Source: Antedon mediterranea
Lineage: Eukaryota > Animalia > Echinodermata
DNA length: 64,000 nt
Assembly: GCF_964355755.1 (NCBI RefSeq)
Contig: NC_092671.1
Coordinates: 23,510,070-23,574,069 of the forward strand
Direction of reading: 5' to 3'
The notes beneath the pieces were generated by a model, which was given only the letters and a program-made list of their open reading frames with translations, searched no databases and was not told the DNA's origin. The translations under genes and the position numbers were made by a program. Below, in pieces: positions 28,196-40,854 of this stretch. Every line of letters begins with the position of its first letter. Position 1 is the first letter of the stretch.

Positions 28196-29759
28196 TAGTT
28201 TTCTAATAACCTTTTTGGCAAACTTTTGCGTAGTGGTTTCTTCCTCCACACGACTTGCACTTTTGTCCATATGCTGGGCAACTTTTTCCTGGTGGGTGTT
28301 GGTTGAATAACCCACAGTATTTGCACTGTATTGTATGTGATCACCTTAATTGTCTCAGATTTTCTTTGTGTCATATGTTTGTGGATGTGTGAGAGCGGGT
28401 ATTGCTTTGTGTGATTTACTCCTATGTCACTACAAATACATATCAAGCATGGTGATGGTTGATATGTGGCTTGAAATAATTGTTCAGTTTATATTTTAAT
28501 TTTGCATATTTCCCTACTAATGTAAAATAGAGAAATCGTTAGGAATAGGAGGTGACCGGGATTCAGACCATATACAAAATTAAAAGATAAACTGAACAAT
28601 TATGTCAAGCCACAGATCAACCATCACCATGCTCAATATAGATGATTGAGGAGCGCATCATTTTTTCCACGTTGCTCGTGATTTTGAAAAAAACCGGACC
28701 TACTCTCAATGCTTTCGAGCCAGTCAGTCCATTGTGTTCCCGCTTTCAGTGGATTATTGTCCAGTACAAACTGTTGGGCTCACAGAGATCTGGCGTTCAT
28801 CGCTGCATTTGCAATAATGTGGAGTAAATATCCTCAATATGCTGTAGTAACTACTGTACAGTACTCTCACAAAGTCTTCTAATCCTCGTCACCAATGTAA
28901 TGATGGTATATTATTGTTGCTTAGTAACTTGTACTTTATTAGATGCGATTGCATTCCGCCATGTTAGCATAGAACAACAACATGTGTGTGTGGTGGTGCT
29001 ACTGTATATATGTATGGAGCTCTATGTAGGCATAAAGCCAATCTAGATAATTCAACCGGCAGAATTTGGAGTAAGAAAAGAATGGGCACAAGAGGAGAAA
29101 GAGGATATTGCGTGACACGTGCGAACACTGACGGTCAAGCATTCGCTGCTGTTATTTTTAGACCTTGTTTTTATCGATATCCTCCTTGGCAGCATCTCTT
29201 CTCTTTCTGCGATCTGATCGGCTACTCTAGATGTTTGCTAATGTATTTAGAAATTCACCTAGATGTGCCTAGTTCATGGAGGTTCATCGGTGGCGTGGCA
29301 CATTGTGTTGCTATTGTCTCAGGTGTTTGTAAATTTATCGTGGGAACTTCCTATTGATATTTTCCGTCGACATTGCAAAAGAAAGCGATTAAAAAAACAT
29401 TCCATCACGATGTTTAATATTAATATTAAATTCTTTATTGAGGTAACAAACTTATAAGTTTTAGAATGATGGCTTGAAATCTGTACCCCCGCCATACAAT
29501 TCAGCTACAAACTCTCTTTTTATTTAAAAAGGCAAACTGAATCAAATTGTTTGGGCCTTGTTTTGACTCATTGTTAAACGCAGTACTAACATTAGACAGT
29601 GATATCTGATAAAAGGCAACATTAATAATACTGGACCAAATTAAATATCGTTACTTATCCACAATGGATCTACTACTGTATTGATTATTGCACATTTTTT
29701 TTTCTAACTGAACCCAGAACCACAAAGCAATCGCAATGCAGCAACATGTTTCTTGTCCT

Positions 29760-30560
29760 TCACTAAATATGTAAATGAGATTGACTTGCCTTTGCGGTAA
29801 AATGCCGAAGTGAAATCACACCAGTCATTGTTAAGAAATCATTCAAACAATGCCTTTGCCATTGCACTCAGTTGATGAATTCGAGTACATCTGTTGTATA
29901 GCTTTCCATGGATGAAACCGTTCAGTGAACCTTCAGCTAGTAAGTCGGATTCTGTAAGTATATATTCCATGCCAGAATCTTCAATGTATGTTCTATTACA
30001 GCTCCGAAAAATGCCAATGTGAAAATTTCCCAATAAAATCAGTAACCTGTCGAACAAGGACGATTTTAATGCCTGGATGGACAAACCCGCAGTCACTGCC
30101 TATGTATACAAGATATATGGGTTTAAAAGCATGAACAGTATTAATAAGGCCAGGTACCAATCGTTTCGCAAAATGACTGGAACGAAGAAAGTCAAGAAGA
30201 TCATCTGTTCGTCATTGCCACCATGTGAAATCACACTCACCCAGCATCTGTTGAGGGCAAATTATGTATCTATTATGTGGAGACACGCTCATACTCCTCA
30301 GCCAACACAAAACCTACACCCACTAAACTATGGATGGGTTGATAATGGTGATGGAAGGTATGTACCTAAATGGTTTGCTGGAAATGCTCTACGGATACGT
30401 TGACGAGTGATCCACACTCGGAACAAAGTGCTGAAGCAAACACAATTCTTGACGATACTGATGCAGGAATATTGGAAGAAAGTGATGATGAAGAACTTGA
30501 AATAATAGATTTTGAAGCTGAAATCGATGATGACCAACCTTTGTGATGACAGTGAAAGTG
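29760..30560. pseudogene. Rearranged Academ (AcademX-like) transposase fragments
   Basis: Minus strand: LLGNFHI...SGMEYILTESDLLAEGSLNGFIHGKLYNRCTRIH (29839-30096) and XPG-like TG/CDFTSAFYRKGK (about 29785-29828, frameshifted). Plus strand: SINKARY...LPPCEITLTQHLLRANYVSIMW...PLNYGW (30077-30403), then an acidic tail. Confidence 0.65.
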
Positions 30561-30959
30561 ACTGTGATGATGACGAATAGAGAAACTCAAAAGATTATGC
30601 ATTAGGCCTACGGCTGATTTAATAGTTTTTAATCGTTTACATAAAACATTTCACAGTTTTGAAGTAAATGTTGTATAATATATCAAATATAAAACTATTT
30701 GATCCATAGATAGTTGGCAAGAAGAATCCAGTATCATTACAGTGTGATATAATCAAATTTATAAATGACGCTGTCACAAATCATGTAAAAAGAAATCCAA
30801 TAGCCCCTATTGGTTTTATTATATCGTGTATTCTGTTCAGCTAGTAATGGAATATGATGAATGTACAATATTCAGTTATTTAATGCATACAGCCAGTAAA
30901 CCTCGATGTCTTTGCTCAATTGTGCTTTTACAGTGTGTCGGTAGTTACACTGCATGTAA

Positions 30960-31430
30960 AATATTTGACCTGGGTTCAGTTAGAGAAAAATAATGTGCAA
31001 TAATCAATACAGTAGTCGATCCATTATGGATAAGTAACGATATTTAATTTGGTCCTGAGTATGTTGCATTTTATCAGTTAACACTGAATGTCTAATGTTA
31101 GTACAGTAACAATTTCAAATTTGACTTGAGCAGTTATAGTAAAATAATGTGCAATAATCGATACAGTAGTCGATCCATTATGGATAAGTAACGATATTTA
31201 ATTTGGTCCTGAGTATGTTGCATTTTATCTAATGTTAGTACAGTAACAATTTTAAATTTGACTTGGGCAGTTATAGTAAAATAATGTGCAGTAATCAATA
31301 CAGTAGTCGATCCATTATGGATAAGTAACGATATTAAACAATTAAACAGTAACAATTAAAATTTGACTTTGGTTCAGTTAAAGTAAAACAATGTGCAGTA
31401 ATCGATCCATTATGGACAAGTAACGATGTA
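30960..31430 (+). repeat. Tandem repeat, about 3.5 units of 110-155 bp; inverted copy at about 29580-29716
   Basis: Recurring ATAATGTGCAATAATCAATACAGTAGTCGATCCATTATGGATAAGTAACGAT. Confidence 0.75.
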
Positions 31431-32679
31431 TAAAATGTTGGCAAATTAAGTTTTTTGTTGGTTTTTATCAGTCTAATTCACATGAAAACGGTTACTTTTT
31501 AAAATTTAAATTGAGTTAAAAATACAGTAATAGTGTGCAATCGATAGTCTAATCTATACCTTACCAATTCTCTAAGTGATTTATGTTGAATTCGAACTAT
31601 TATTTACTTTACTATTATGTTATGTTATGTTAAAAAATGTTGCAAATTTAGATTTCATTGCCTTTTTTCATATAGACATATCACTAGTGTCTAGTGTGTA
31701 ATTAAAACAATATTTAAATCGAGTTATAATAATAATGTACAATAATCAGTACCGGTGTCGATCATTATGAGTGTAATTATTTAGTTTATCTGAAAAATAT
31801 TCTTAAAATTATATCATTTTGATCGAAATAATGATTTTGATATAATATTGATTGTTCAAAATGTTACCCTAAAATACAAATCTGCTGTTGGTTATTTTAA
31901 GTGTTTTTGTTGGTGTTATTTATTATTCCAAAATAAAAGTCACTCGTTATCGTGGATATGTTTGTATTATTGACATTGTTGATCACGAATGGAGCCTCGG
32001 GCATTTGAGCTGCTGTGTACCCAATAAAGTTTTTAAAAAAATGATTCATACTTCATGCCCATTTTGGGCTAGTTCTTAAGAGTTTGATGTTTTGGTACAG
32101 GAAACAACTGCTCTCTTTATTGTTTTAGCATTCTACTGTGTATTTATTGTCCGTATCACGTATTTCTAACTCAGCTGAACGCCATAAGACGACATACGCG
32201 CCGATTATATAGCCGAATAGGGGGAAACTGCGGACCTTTATGGCTGCTGTCTGAGCTTGTACAGGATAAAGTTGCTGTCATTGGTGTTTTTGTCATCCCC
32301 AATATGTACTGCTGCCATTAAAAAAAGATTCAACCTTGTATCGCTTCACATGAATAAACCCATTTGGGCGTGGCCCTAAAATGTTGCTGTTTGGCAGGAC
32401 AAAGTTACTGTCATTGGTGATATAATCATTAGTAGCCCACTGCGAATGATATCCAAAAAAGTTTATCCTTGTATCGCTTTACATGAATAAATGCATTTTT
32501 ACCCACCTATGTTTATGATCCCCACAGGCCCCATGTACAGGCTGTGACCCGGCAGCAATGTCGAATATTGCATCTCGCCCTAATACGCACCTAACTACAT
32601 CATCTAACCTTTTGTATCTTTTCACATGAATAAATCTTCCGGGCGCCAGGTCTATTACTCATGTTTCTCCTGTTCTTAG

Positions 32680-33832
32680 CCTTCCAACATGGTTTCTACC
32701 CCAAAAGATCTTGTCTCACTATTATCTTGCCTCTCTTTTACCTTTTGCCTACTCTGCCATCGAAAGTAAATCTCAACTTGATGTTATTTACACTGATTTT
32801 TCGAAAGCCTTTGACCTGGTCTCCCATCAACTTCTTGTCCATAAACTTTCCAAATTTGGTATTTCTGGCCCTCCTTAAATTATTTGTTAGTTACCTGGAT
32901 TTCAGGCAACAACCATTATGTTTAGGTCAAGCTTCTGATTGGCTCACTGTTTTGTCTGGAGTCCCCCAGGGCTCGATCCTTGGTCCCTTATTATTTAATA
33001 TCTTTATCAATGACCTCCTTCTAATCTTTCTTCTTCCTGCTTACTTTTTGCAGATGATCTTAAACTCTTTAATACTATCAATTGCCCTAATAATACTGTT
33101 TCCCTTCAAGATGACCTTTGTACTCTCTTCAGATGGACCACCACCTGGAAGCTGAGTTTAAACTTACCAAAATGCAAAATTATGACGATTACAAAGAAAA
33201 GACAATATATCCAATATGATTACAGCATTAATAATCATGTTTTGGAAAGAATTGACCGTCTTAGTATTATTATCGACTGTAACTTAAATTTTATTCCTCA
33301 AGTTGATGCTGCTGTTAGTAAAGCAAATAGAATGTTCGGCATCTTGAATACTGTAGTGTCGTGTCCAATACATTTTTGTCTGCTCATAGTACGTACGTCT
33401 TCAAAGAGTCCAAGATCGTTTTGTACGTTTTGTTTTTTTCTACTTGTCACTTTATCTGTCTCTCTTCCTTCTCTTGTCTCTCGTCGTTCAATTGTAATTT
33501 TATCTCCTTGTTTTTAAAGCAGTTGGTTGTCGTACTCGTAATTCTAAATGTATAATCTTCTTTATGTGCCGTATTGTCATTGTTACCAAGAATGGATTAG
33601 TCTCACGTATTTGTCTTCTTTTTAATAATTCATAATTGTGTTGTTAAAGATAATTCTATTGATCTCTTTTTTGACCGTTATAATTGTTTTTGTAATAAAA
33701 TTAGTAAGATTGTATAAATTTGTATTGCAGGCCTATAGGCCTTAAGATATATATTATTCCATTCTGTAAGGGGCGGGTTTCCCGCTGTTGAATAAGATTA
33801 TGAAATAAAAATAAATAAATAAATAAAATAAA
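32680..33832 (+). mobile_element. 5'-truncated CR1/L2-type LINE (RT fragment plus 3' tail)
   Basis: Frameshifted RT motifs DFSKAFDLVSH, SGVPQGSILGPLLFNIFINDL, FADDLKL, KANRMFG; (AAAT)n tail at about 33803-33832. Confidence 0.8.
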
Positions 33833-33929
33833 TTTCAAAATCTTAAGATACTGTATTTATTGAAATATATTATGTAGTTATGAAATCAAATAATAATAAT
33901 GTATTTATCTATTTTATGCTTAAATACAG

Positions 33930-33979
33930 AAAAAGACACAATGGATGTCTGGTGTAATGGCAGTAAATTACCTACAGCT
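33930..33979 (+). CDS. FAIM: FAIM coding exon 3 ((E)KDTMDVWCNGSKLPTA)
   Basis: FAIM motif EKDTMDVWCNG; TACAG acceptor, GTAAGT donor; phase 1 in, phase 0 out, consistent with neighbouring exons. Confidence 0.93.
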
Positions 33980-34387
33980 GTAAGTACAATTGCTTATATC
34001 GTGTATATTTATAAGAACCCATCTTTTTCTAAACTGCAAATTCCTATTACATTTATTAAATGTTAAAGTTGTTGTGGATATGTATGTTGCTTTGTTTTAA
34101 ATTTTCAAATATTAGTAATTGTATTTCTGGTTAGTATCTTAAACCAAATGTTTGTTAGGCTAAGGGTATGTTCAAACTGACAGCGTAAGGTTATTTAAGG
34201 CATACAGTAATCTGTTGCATTAAAAGTCAAGGTGTTCAAATGCAAAAATCAAAATATCTTGTTTTTAAAACCCTCTGATCGTTGGGTCAAAGTGCATAAA
34301 ACATATGTATGTATTCATTACCAATGCATGAAAGTTTACATTTTAAAGTATTTTATTTTAAAGTTATTTTTAATTTAAAATTAAAAA

Positions 34388-35190
34388 CCAGATTTGAACT
34401 TGTCACTTTGACACAACGCCACGTGCACGTACACTAGAAAATGCAAACAGAAAAAAATTACAGCACTTATGACCTGATAATATGTTGTTGGTGCTAAATT
34501 CTAAAGTTTATTTTGTGCCTTATAGTATATAGAGTATAATACTGTATACATACTACATACAGTGTAATGCTACTGAATCTAGCTAAAAAATATGGTGAAT
34601 TGGGACAAAATTGTAGGCAAAGGTTTTTCAGTTTTAAATGAATGTTTCTCTGTATTACAGTCAATATGATGAAATTTTCAAATTAAATTACATACACAAG
34701 GTAATTAGTGATCCGTTAATATTGTTCGTGGTTCATAAAAAAAATAGAAAAGGTAGTCAATTTATAGAACCTAAATTTTCCAAAAAAAGTGTGACTTAAA
34801 TTGTGTTTTCACCTGTGTTATACATGGTATTTGATCACTACTTTCAATGTGTTCATTGGGTTTAAAAACCTTTATTCAAATTTTGAACATGATGACGTCA
34901 TCAAAATTAAGCATGAAGATAATAGTTTCGGAAGATAATTGTTTTAGCAACACCATATTAAATGGTTGAAGAAATTCTGATAGAATCGAGATGCAATTTT
35001 TTTTTTATTCAACTGGCCATATGATGACGTTACAACGTCCGATTGGAAAATTGTTTACATGAATTTGTATCTTCAATTCAACAGCTTCCAGAAAACGTTT
35101 TAATCATGAGTGTTACTTTTTATTCTGACAAGCTATAAAGTTATGAAATTTACTGCAAAGATAAAAAAAAGTGACCCACATTTTTTGACG
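34388..35190 (-). mobile_element. Degenerate copy of the Helentron-like family (related fragments at about 36060-36480 and 37720-37892)
   Basis: ACTTGTCACTTTGAC...AACGCCACGTGCACGT and CAACTGGCCATATGATGACGT motifs shared with the array units; 37855-37892 ends in a degenerate hairpin + CTAG. Confidence 0.6.
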
Positions 35191-38016
35191 TGATGAAAAG
35201 AAATGGTAAGTTGGCGCGTACCACGCTGAGAGTGTTAAAGAGTTGCTATCCAATCGAGTTTGAACAATACCATGAAAGCCCCAGTGGACATCTGCATATC
35301 AAGCAGAAGGTTCCGGGTACGAGCAGAAGGTTCCGGGTTCGAGCCTCGGTTGAGGCAACTTTTTCTCATTCTCACAGATTTCCTCATCTTTTATCGTTTC
35401 AAATTAATTAATTAAAAAAAATACAAACAAAGGTCAACTTCTAGCATACATTCCTCACTCCACACAATTTCTTCTCAAAAAGCTTCTACTTTTAAAATAC
35501 GATAAATTATAAAAAAGTACTAAAATAGAGGTTATGATGTCATAAAATTATTGTTAACTTTATTCTTTATATATTATAGTGATAAAAATGATATTATTTT
35601 GATATTTTTAATAATCTAAAGAATATTTGTTATAAAATTATGATCTAATGACGTAAACATTATACGATATGTTTTTCATTTTTTTTATTGTTGCTTGGTT
35701 TAAAAACCAGTAAACAATCGCACGCTCTGATGCACTAGGTTGAATGTACGCTGCAAATGTAAAGGGCTGAGAATTCTGCACACGCAATAGCCTATTATGC
35801 GAGTGAACTTAGTATGTGCAGGTCAAGGGTCATTCATGTGAAATCATGCATTAAAAATTCTAAAAGCTCAAAATTAAGTTTAAAGCGTGAATTCTGCCAT
35901 TTGCGTGATAAAAAAAATGGTTAATATTTAAAAAGGGTAAAACATATGATTTTTTTGTACAAATCGCCATTCTTTGTACATTCACCAAATTTGAGTCCAT
36001 TCCGAATTAAAATAACACTATATCAGCAGGTTAATAATGACAAAATGCGCACAATAATTGCACAAAAGTGCTGAAAATGGCTTTTTTCGGTTTTTTTTCT
36101 CTTTTGTCATAGATTATCACATTTAACAAAGCGCATCTCGGTTATATTGTGCTCGATTTTCATTCAAATTTTAGTATGTCAATTGACACCATGACGTAAA
36201 AAATTGAATAACACAGGTCATGTAATTTCATCTTCGCCATATATTTGAATATCTTACAGCTCTTCAGAATTAAAGGTGACCTTAAAGATTATAACTTATT
36301 ATGAAAGCTGATGAGATGTAGATATGAATTCATATAAAAATTAAGCCTATTGGATGTTGTGACGTTATCATATGGCCAGTTGAAGTTAAAAAGTAGTTTA
36401 AATTTATAAATAAAAAAAATAATTTATTTAGTCAAAGTTATACAAATTTCAAAGAGCGCGCACTGCGTTTCTGCATATTTTATTCCAATTCTTATTCCAC
36501 TCCCCCTCTAGGAAGTGTAGACGATGGTTCTCGGAATGATAATGACTCGAGTAAAAAGTTTTAGAAGGACATTCTGGCTTGGACAATTTCGGCCGGTTAC
36601 CATGATTTAAATGCTTTTGATATTCGTAAAACTAAACCTACTCACTAACCTCTTTCACAGTGTCTTAGATGATTAATAGCATTTTACGTATAGTGTTTAT
36701 TGTAGATATGAAAAGTGGTAAAAAGGAATAATAAATGCTTGGAAAATTGTAGATAATAGTCCGATGAAATCTACTAAAAATAGTATAATTCTGTTATAAA
36801 ATAATACAATATTGTGTTTTTTGTGAGGGGGGGGGGGGGGAGTAGTGGCGATAATTATTGCAATTGATGCTTTTATTGGGGAGGTGTTCCGTACGTTTAT
36901 TCAAATAAATACCATCCTAATTAATACATTACTCCGCGACACAGTGAGCCGTTTTGGCCTAAGAAGTAAGACGTTTTAGACGGCTTGCAACATGGGCAGA
37001 AGTATCCCAGGGTCCTGACGGGGCACAGCACACAGTATACATAGGCCCTAAAGAGTCCTGGCAGCTTATTCAATAACTCAGCTTATTCAATAACTCGGCT
37101 ATTGAGGTTTCATTCGATTTCAAACAACAGCTCTTATCCTCAATTCTCTCGATGTAATTTTATATAATTATTTCCCACAATTTACTTCTATGTTTTATGA
37201 ATATATTTAATTTGATCTTTATGTACTACTATACCTTCACACGCGCGGTCCGAAAATAAACAAAAAAAACAAAATGGCTATCGCCACCAAGCACCAACGG
37301 CCAACTTAGTTGAAACAGGGAGGGAGTTGTTTTACAACTCCCTGGTTGAAACCAACCATGCAGGGAAGTTGCAAGGTGATTGACACACCACCTGACCGTG
37401 AACCCGGAAATTACTTCTACCACGCGTAGAGTTTAAATTTACCGATTGAAATCAGAAAATTTTGTTATAAAACCCTTTATAATATCTTCCTAAGATAGAT
37501 TTATGGAACAATAGCGTAGTACTTTAAACTAATGTTATAAAATCTACGTTTCGCGGTACATCTGAGATAGATAAGGTAGATATCCAAGGCGGAGATTAGT
37601 ACCAAAGTTTTTCCATTGTGCTCGCCTACTGTATGTCAGAATTAACCATAATTTATATATAGATGCTACACTATATAGATATACAGTATATACTCTATAT
37701 GGCATATATTATAGGCACAACTCGGCATTACTAAGCGTATAATGTATCGGGTCATAGGATGGCATACATCAACATTTTTTAATCATATGTTAACGTACAT
37801 GCATGTTTTTAAAAAATGTATTTTATTTACAGTAAAATTATAAAATGATCACCTATAATTCGTCAAATTAAGTGACAAATTAAATTCTAGTTAAAAATAT
37901 TTGTTACCAATTTTTTTGCTCTTAATTTGCATTTTTCAGCTAATTTGAATGTGACAGAGTTGTGATTATCAGAGTAGAACTAGTTACCTGTATTTGCATT
38001 TATATTTTGGATTTAG

Positions 38017-38166
38017 GGTGAATTTGTAGATGATGGAACAGAAACCAACTTTCACATCAGGGACCATAGCTGTTACGTGAAGACAGTTAGTAGCTTTAAA
38101 AAAAAAGAAGGAATACTACATGCACTTTTTGTAGATGATGTTGAAATTGCAGAATCAACTCTTTGA
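38017..38166 (+). CDS. FAIM: FAIM terminal coding exon (GEFVDDGTETNFHIRDHSCYVKTVSSFKKKEGILHALFVDDVEIAESTL*)
   Basis: FAIM C-terminal motifs GEFVDDGTET and EGIxHxLxVD; TTTAG acceptor. The four exons total 534 nt = 177 aa + stop. Confidence 0.95.
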   Translation, partial: GEFVDDGTETNFHIRDHSCYVKTVSSFKKKEGILHALFVDDVEIAESTL

Positions 38167-39369
38167 TATGTAGTTCTACTGAACACTATACTATGTTGGC
38201 CTATTGAACACTAAACTATGTTTAAAAGTAAATGTCAATTATTATTCGTATCGCAAGCAATGTCATATTATAATTAACGTTGTAACAGAAAAGTGTTCAG
38301 GCGCTTCCGTTTCAAACTGAAGCGTCACCGATTCGGGTGGTATGCAGGAGTAAATTTGATTGGATAGAGGTCAAAATCTTGAATGCATGACTTTCGTATC
38401 TTAGGCGTCGTTCACTAATCTTGTACCTTGAGCTGTTGTAACAAACAAAAGATTAGTGTTTTCCCGGTTCAATACCTATGTAGTTTTACGCTGCGTACAA
38501 TACGAAAACATAACTTCGTAGGTCTGGACAGGCCCTAAATCACAGAAGCTATTGAATGTCTTTTTCACACAAGAAATAGTCAAATTGACTGGAAGTCAAT
38601 GGGTTTTTAGTTGAATGTAACCACTGTTTATTTTGTCTTTTTGTAAGTAAAAACATTATTTTTTACAATTTTTTTTTTCCTACGAAGTGATTAACATTAT
38701 TACAACTGCGAAATGGCCTATTCAAAGTCTTTTTTAATTAATCTTTTCATATTTTTGGGGGACAATATAGCTTTAAACTGAAATACACTTTCAATACAAA
38801 GTGATTTCTAAAGTGGTTCAGTAGTAAAATACAACATATAACATAAAATTTAAAAAAAAGAGAAATATAAAAATACTAGCAGCAGTACCCGTCTTTGACA
38901 GGTGGCGTATAACTAATAACACAGAGTTCAATTGAGAAAATTATCGAGAGAAGGTATCAATTTATATTTATATTTTTGAAGACATCTTAAAGAAATTTGA
39001 ATTGAAAGTTTTATTGATGGATTAAGTCAATATCAAATACTATACCGAGCTGCATTCGTGATTGAATATGAAGGAAATGGTTACGAACAATTTTACTTTT
39101 AAACTATACGTAAAATTTAAATGAAAGTGTTAAGAAGATACATAAATAGTAAAAATACTGTATAGTAATAATCTAATTAGATTAATTCTTTCATTATGTT
39201 ACCCTCAGGAAATAACAAAAAAAGTAGTTTGGCTTTTACAAAGTTGTCATATGTTTTTTATTTTATAGTACTTAAATAGACCATATTTATTTGATGCCCT
39301 GGATTTTGAGGCACTGGGATAATAATCGATTACAATATGATAGAAACATTATGAATAATACCACCAAAC

Positions 39370-39785
39370 TTGCGAGTTAGGATGACTATAACGAGGCATT
39401 TAATAAAAAGGCAAATTGCCTTAAAATGTAAATGTGACGTGTTTCGAGAAACCATTCTGGATTCTGCAGATTCTGCTTTCAAACTTAAGGTCAAGGGAGC
39501 CCTCCACATCTCGTGGAGTAAACCTTCCTTGAACAAACAAATCTATAACTTAGGCGTCACACTTGCCATATGATTGGTTGTTGCCTACATTCCTTGTTTT
39601 ATTATGCTAATTACTTACTTATTTACATACAATATGTCCTATTGGTATATAAGCACTCTAGGCGTTGTTTACTGTTCTGATGATGAGAATAGTTTCTCGA
39701 AACATGTCACATTTACATTTAAAGATAATAGAAACAGTAATAAATTGCAACTGAAAAACTTCTACATTATATATATGTCATAAGA
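39370..39785 (+). mobile_element. 3' fragment of a Penelope-like retroelement (GIY-YIG endonuclease C-terminus)
   Basis: TILDSADSAFKLKVKGALHISWSKPSLNKQ resembles the ILD..LKIKEALHI..KPSLN end of PLE endonucleases; followed by a hammerhead-like motif. Confidence 0.75.
39671..39712 (+). ncRNA. Minimal type I hammerhead ribozyme-like motif (Penelope-associated)
   Basis: CTGATGA-T-GAGAA(TAGT)TTCTC-GAAA-CATGTC: both conserved core boxes, a 5-bp stem II, palindromic ACATGT stem III and a GUC site; stem I is weak. Confidence 0.6.
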
Positions 39786-40352
39786 AAAATTTTAAAATAC
39801 ATTTAAAAAGAAATTCTTTCTAGTGGTACTGTGTTTTTTGTTATTACTGTAGTGCTGCACGATATACAATGTTTGTTTTTTTGTTGTCTTGGCATTGTAT
39901 ATACAATAATTGTGATGATCCAACTCTGAAACGACATACAATTGACCATTATTGGGAAAAACATGGCGATGTTAAATTCAGTCCTGCTACAGTGAGAGAC
40001 TGTCCCCGAGATTGTTGATCGTCATAATGAAGCACAGGCGGACTGGAAATTGTAGATGCCGAGACTCAAACAGAAGATCTTTTGGTATAATTGGGATTTT
40101 TGGAATGAAAACATCTTCATTATTTGTATGGACCCGTTAAAATTTGTTTTTGTGGAAATCTCCGTTTAGAATTTCGGGAGAGGTAACATTTAATTTCTTA
40201 CAAAGATTCTTGAGACAATTAAAAAGTAATAGGAAAATTGATAAGCAATTTATAAGAAAATGTATCCCAATGGTTCACAACTATTACATTTTGTGAAACT
40301 AGCCCATAATCTAACACGCTTTGATGTTTTTTGATCCATGTAAAAGTACCAG

Positions 40353-40769
40353 CAAAGAACTTATAACACAAGAATCTCCTGTTCTTCAATTTGCATTCAA
40401 AACACAGTATCGGAAGTACAGGGTTAAAAGGTCAATTGGGCGACGTCATTTCACAGCATGGAGCAGCGCCCCCTCCAAACTAGGAAGTCAATTACTCTAC
40501 CCCCCTAGAGTATTAGCAGATCCCCTCTATGATTTTGACTTTCTGATGTTGCGCCCTACTCCCTCCTTGTGGCACAACATGATCGCCAAAGTCTCATGAT
40601 ATGGCACTTCGAGAGAGCCCTACTCCTCAGTCAATTACTCTATCCCCCCTAGAGTATTAGCAGATCCCCTCTATGATTTTGACTTTCTAATTTGATGCGG
40701 GCGACAGTGCCTTTCGAAATTGTTACGCGCTTCGGACGAACAGGAGATTCTTGTGTTATAAGTTCTTTG
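40353..40769. mobile_element. P-element-like MITE
   Basis: Perfect 32-bp TIR CAAAGAACTTATAACACAAGAATCTCCTGTTC; 7-bp TSD GTACCAG on both sides; internal direct duplication of about 58 bp. Confidence 0.85.
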
Positions 40770-40854
40770 GTACCAGTACCTTTGGTGAAACCTTCACAAA
40801 AACTATATACATCCCGACGTATGCGGCGCCCTACTACCGCATGGTAATAAAACA

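Larger units (their letters stand above)
23932..29054 (-). mobile_element. Decayed Ty3/Gypsy (Mag-like) LTR retrotransposon in a FAIM intron
   Basis: LTR 28896-29054 recurs (MITE-interrupted) at 23932-24536. PBS TGGTGACGAGGAT at 28882-28894 resembles the tRNA-Ser 3' end. Gag double knuckle CKYCGLFNQHPPGKSC-PAYGQK-CKSCGGRNHYAKVC at about 28215-28325. RNase H-like EKRYSRTEKDA..VKWAKDRLRMYLLG at 26704-26886. Purine tract next to 24536. Confidence 0.85.

Noticed and set aside
35300-35410. tRNA gene suggested by the GGTTCGAGCC B-box
   Set aside because: No A-box or cloverleaf visible; at most a SINE-like fragment.
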